Positions 63,112 through 64,000 of a stretch of 64,000 nucleotides of DNA are shown piece by piece. Each line of letters starts with the position of its first letter. Position 1 is the stretch's first letter. Below the pieces are notes generated by a model. The model did not search any database, was not told the origin of the DNA, and worked only from the letters and a program-made list of their open reading frames with translations. Source of the DNA: Octopus bimaculoides (taxonomy: Eukaryota); contig NC_068990.1 in assembly GCF_001194135.2 (NCBI RefSeq), positions 998,914-1,062,913 on the forward strand, read 5' to 3'. Position numbers and translations under genes: made by a program.

Positions 63112-64000
63112 ACATGTCTTTGTGTTCTTAATCACTGCTTGACAACTGGTATTGGTTTCTTCACATCCTGTGACTTGGTGGATTGGCAAAAAGACATTCA
63201 TAGAATAAGTAGCAGACATTTTTTTTTTTTAGATGATGTTGGGATCAATTTGTATGATTAAACTCAAGGTGGTGCTCCAGCATGGCCACAGTCCAATAAG
63301 TGAAATGAGTAACAGATAAATGATATATGTATATGTGAGTGCTACTGTTTCTTTGCTTTGATGTCATGTGATGGCTGTAAAATGAATGTCATTACAATAG
63401 CTTATCTCTTCTGTGACCCCATGCCTGGCCAGAGGGAAATATTTATCTGGAAAGGTGAGGGTGGGTGACAGGACTGGCATCCAGCAATACAAAATCTGCT
63501 GCAACAAATTTCATTCGCCCCATGCAAGCACGGAAATATGATGAGACATACATACATTGACAAAACCGTTAATCCCTTGGGGGTTGTTGGGGCACTGCAG
63601 CTGTACTGCACATCTAGGGTGAGAAAGCCTGGTAGAGCCCATTCCTTTCCAGGCTAAACTAATTTCTACAGCTGAGTGGACTGGAGCAATGTGGAATGAA
63701 GTGTTTTGCTCAAGAACACAATGGACCACCCCGTCCAGGGATCGAAACCACAATCTTATGGTCATGAATCTAACACCCTAACCACTAAGCAATGTGCCTC
63801 CACTAATGATACTCATTTCTACTACTGAGTGAACTGGAGCAATGTGAAGTGAAGTGTTTTGCTCAAGAACACAATGCATCACGTGATCCAGGCGAAACTA
63901 CAATCTTACGATTGTGAGTCCAACTCCCTAACCACTAAGCCGTGTGCTCCCACACACACATACACACATGCATACATACAAAATGATCTGCAGGTGCAAC

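Overview
AT-rich, repeat-saturated eukaryotic DNA from a gapped short-read assembly (10 N-runs). The SINE, LINE and MITE content looks like an octopus/coleoid genome (inference from repeat families, not a database hit). The only protein-coding gene I can reconstruct lies on the minus strand. Seven small GT-AG exons (36849-36876, 36111-36167, 34961-35035, 30691-30763, 28331-28389, 24691-24784, 20109-20256) splice in phase into a stop-free 178-codon frame encoding a RhoGAP domain with an intact arginine finger (GIYR). Its motifs and exon junctions resemble the GRAF/oligophrenin family, but it is strongly diverged; none of it appears as an intact ORF in the six-frame track, and its 5' and 3' exons were not found. 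The rest is introns/intergenic DNA filled with several tRNA-derived or microsatellite-tailed SINE families, CR1, RTE and Penelope remnants, mariner, Tigger and piggyBac-type MITEs, foldback elements and microsatellites. The most unusual signals are: (i) minimal type-I hammerhead ribozyme motifs, one with an intact catalytic core (60904-60990) and others decayed in Penelope 3' regions; (ii) a ~1 kb inverted duplication of a Penelope 3' end plus two more foldbacks packed around one RhoGAP exon; (iii) a CR1 LINE 3' tail shared with the dominant CORE-type SINE; (iv) several isolated hairpins. No rRNA, bona fide tRNA gene or CRISPR array was found.
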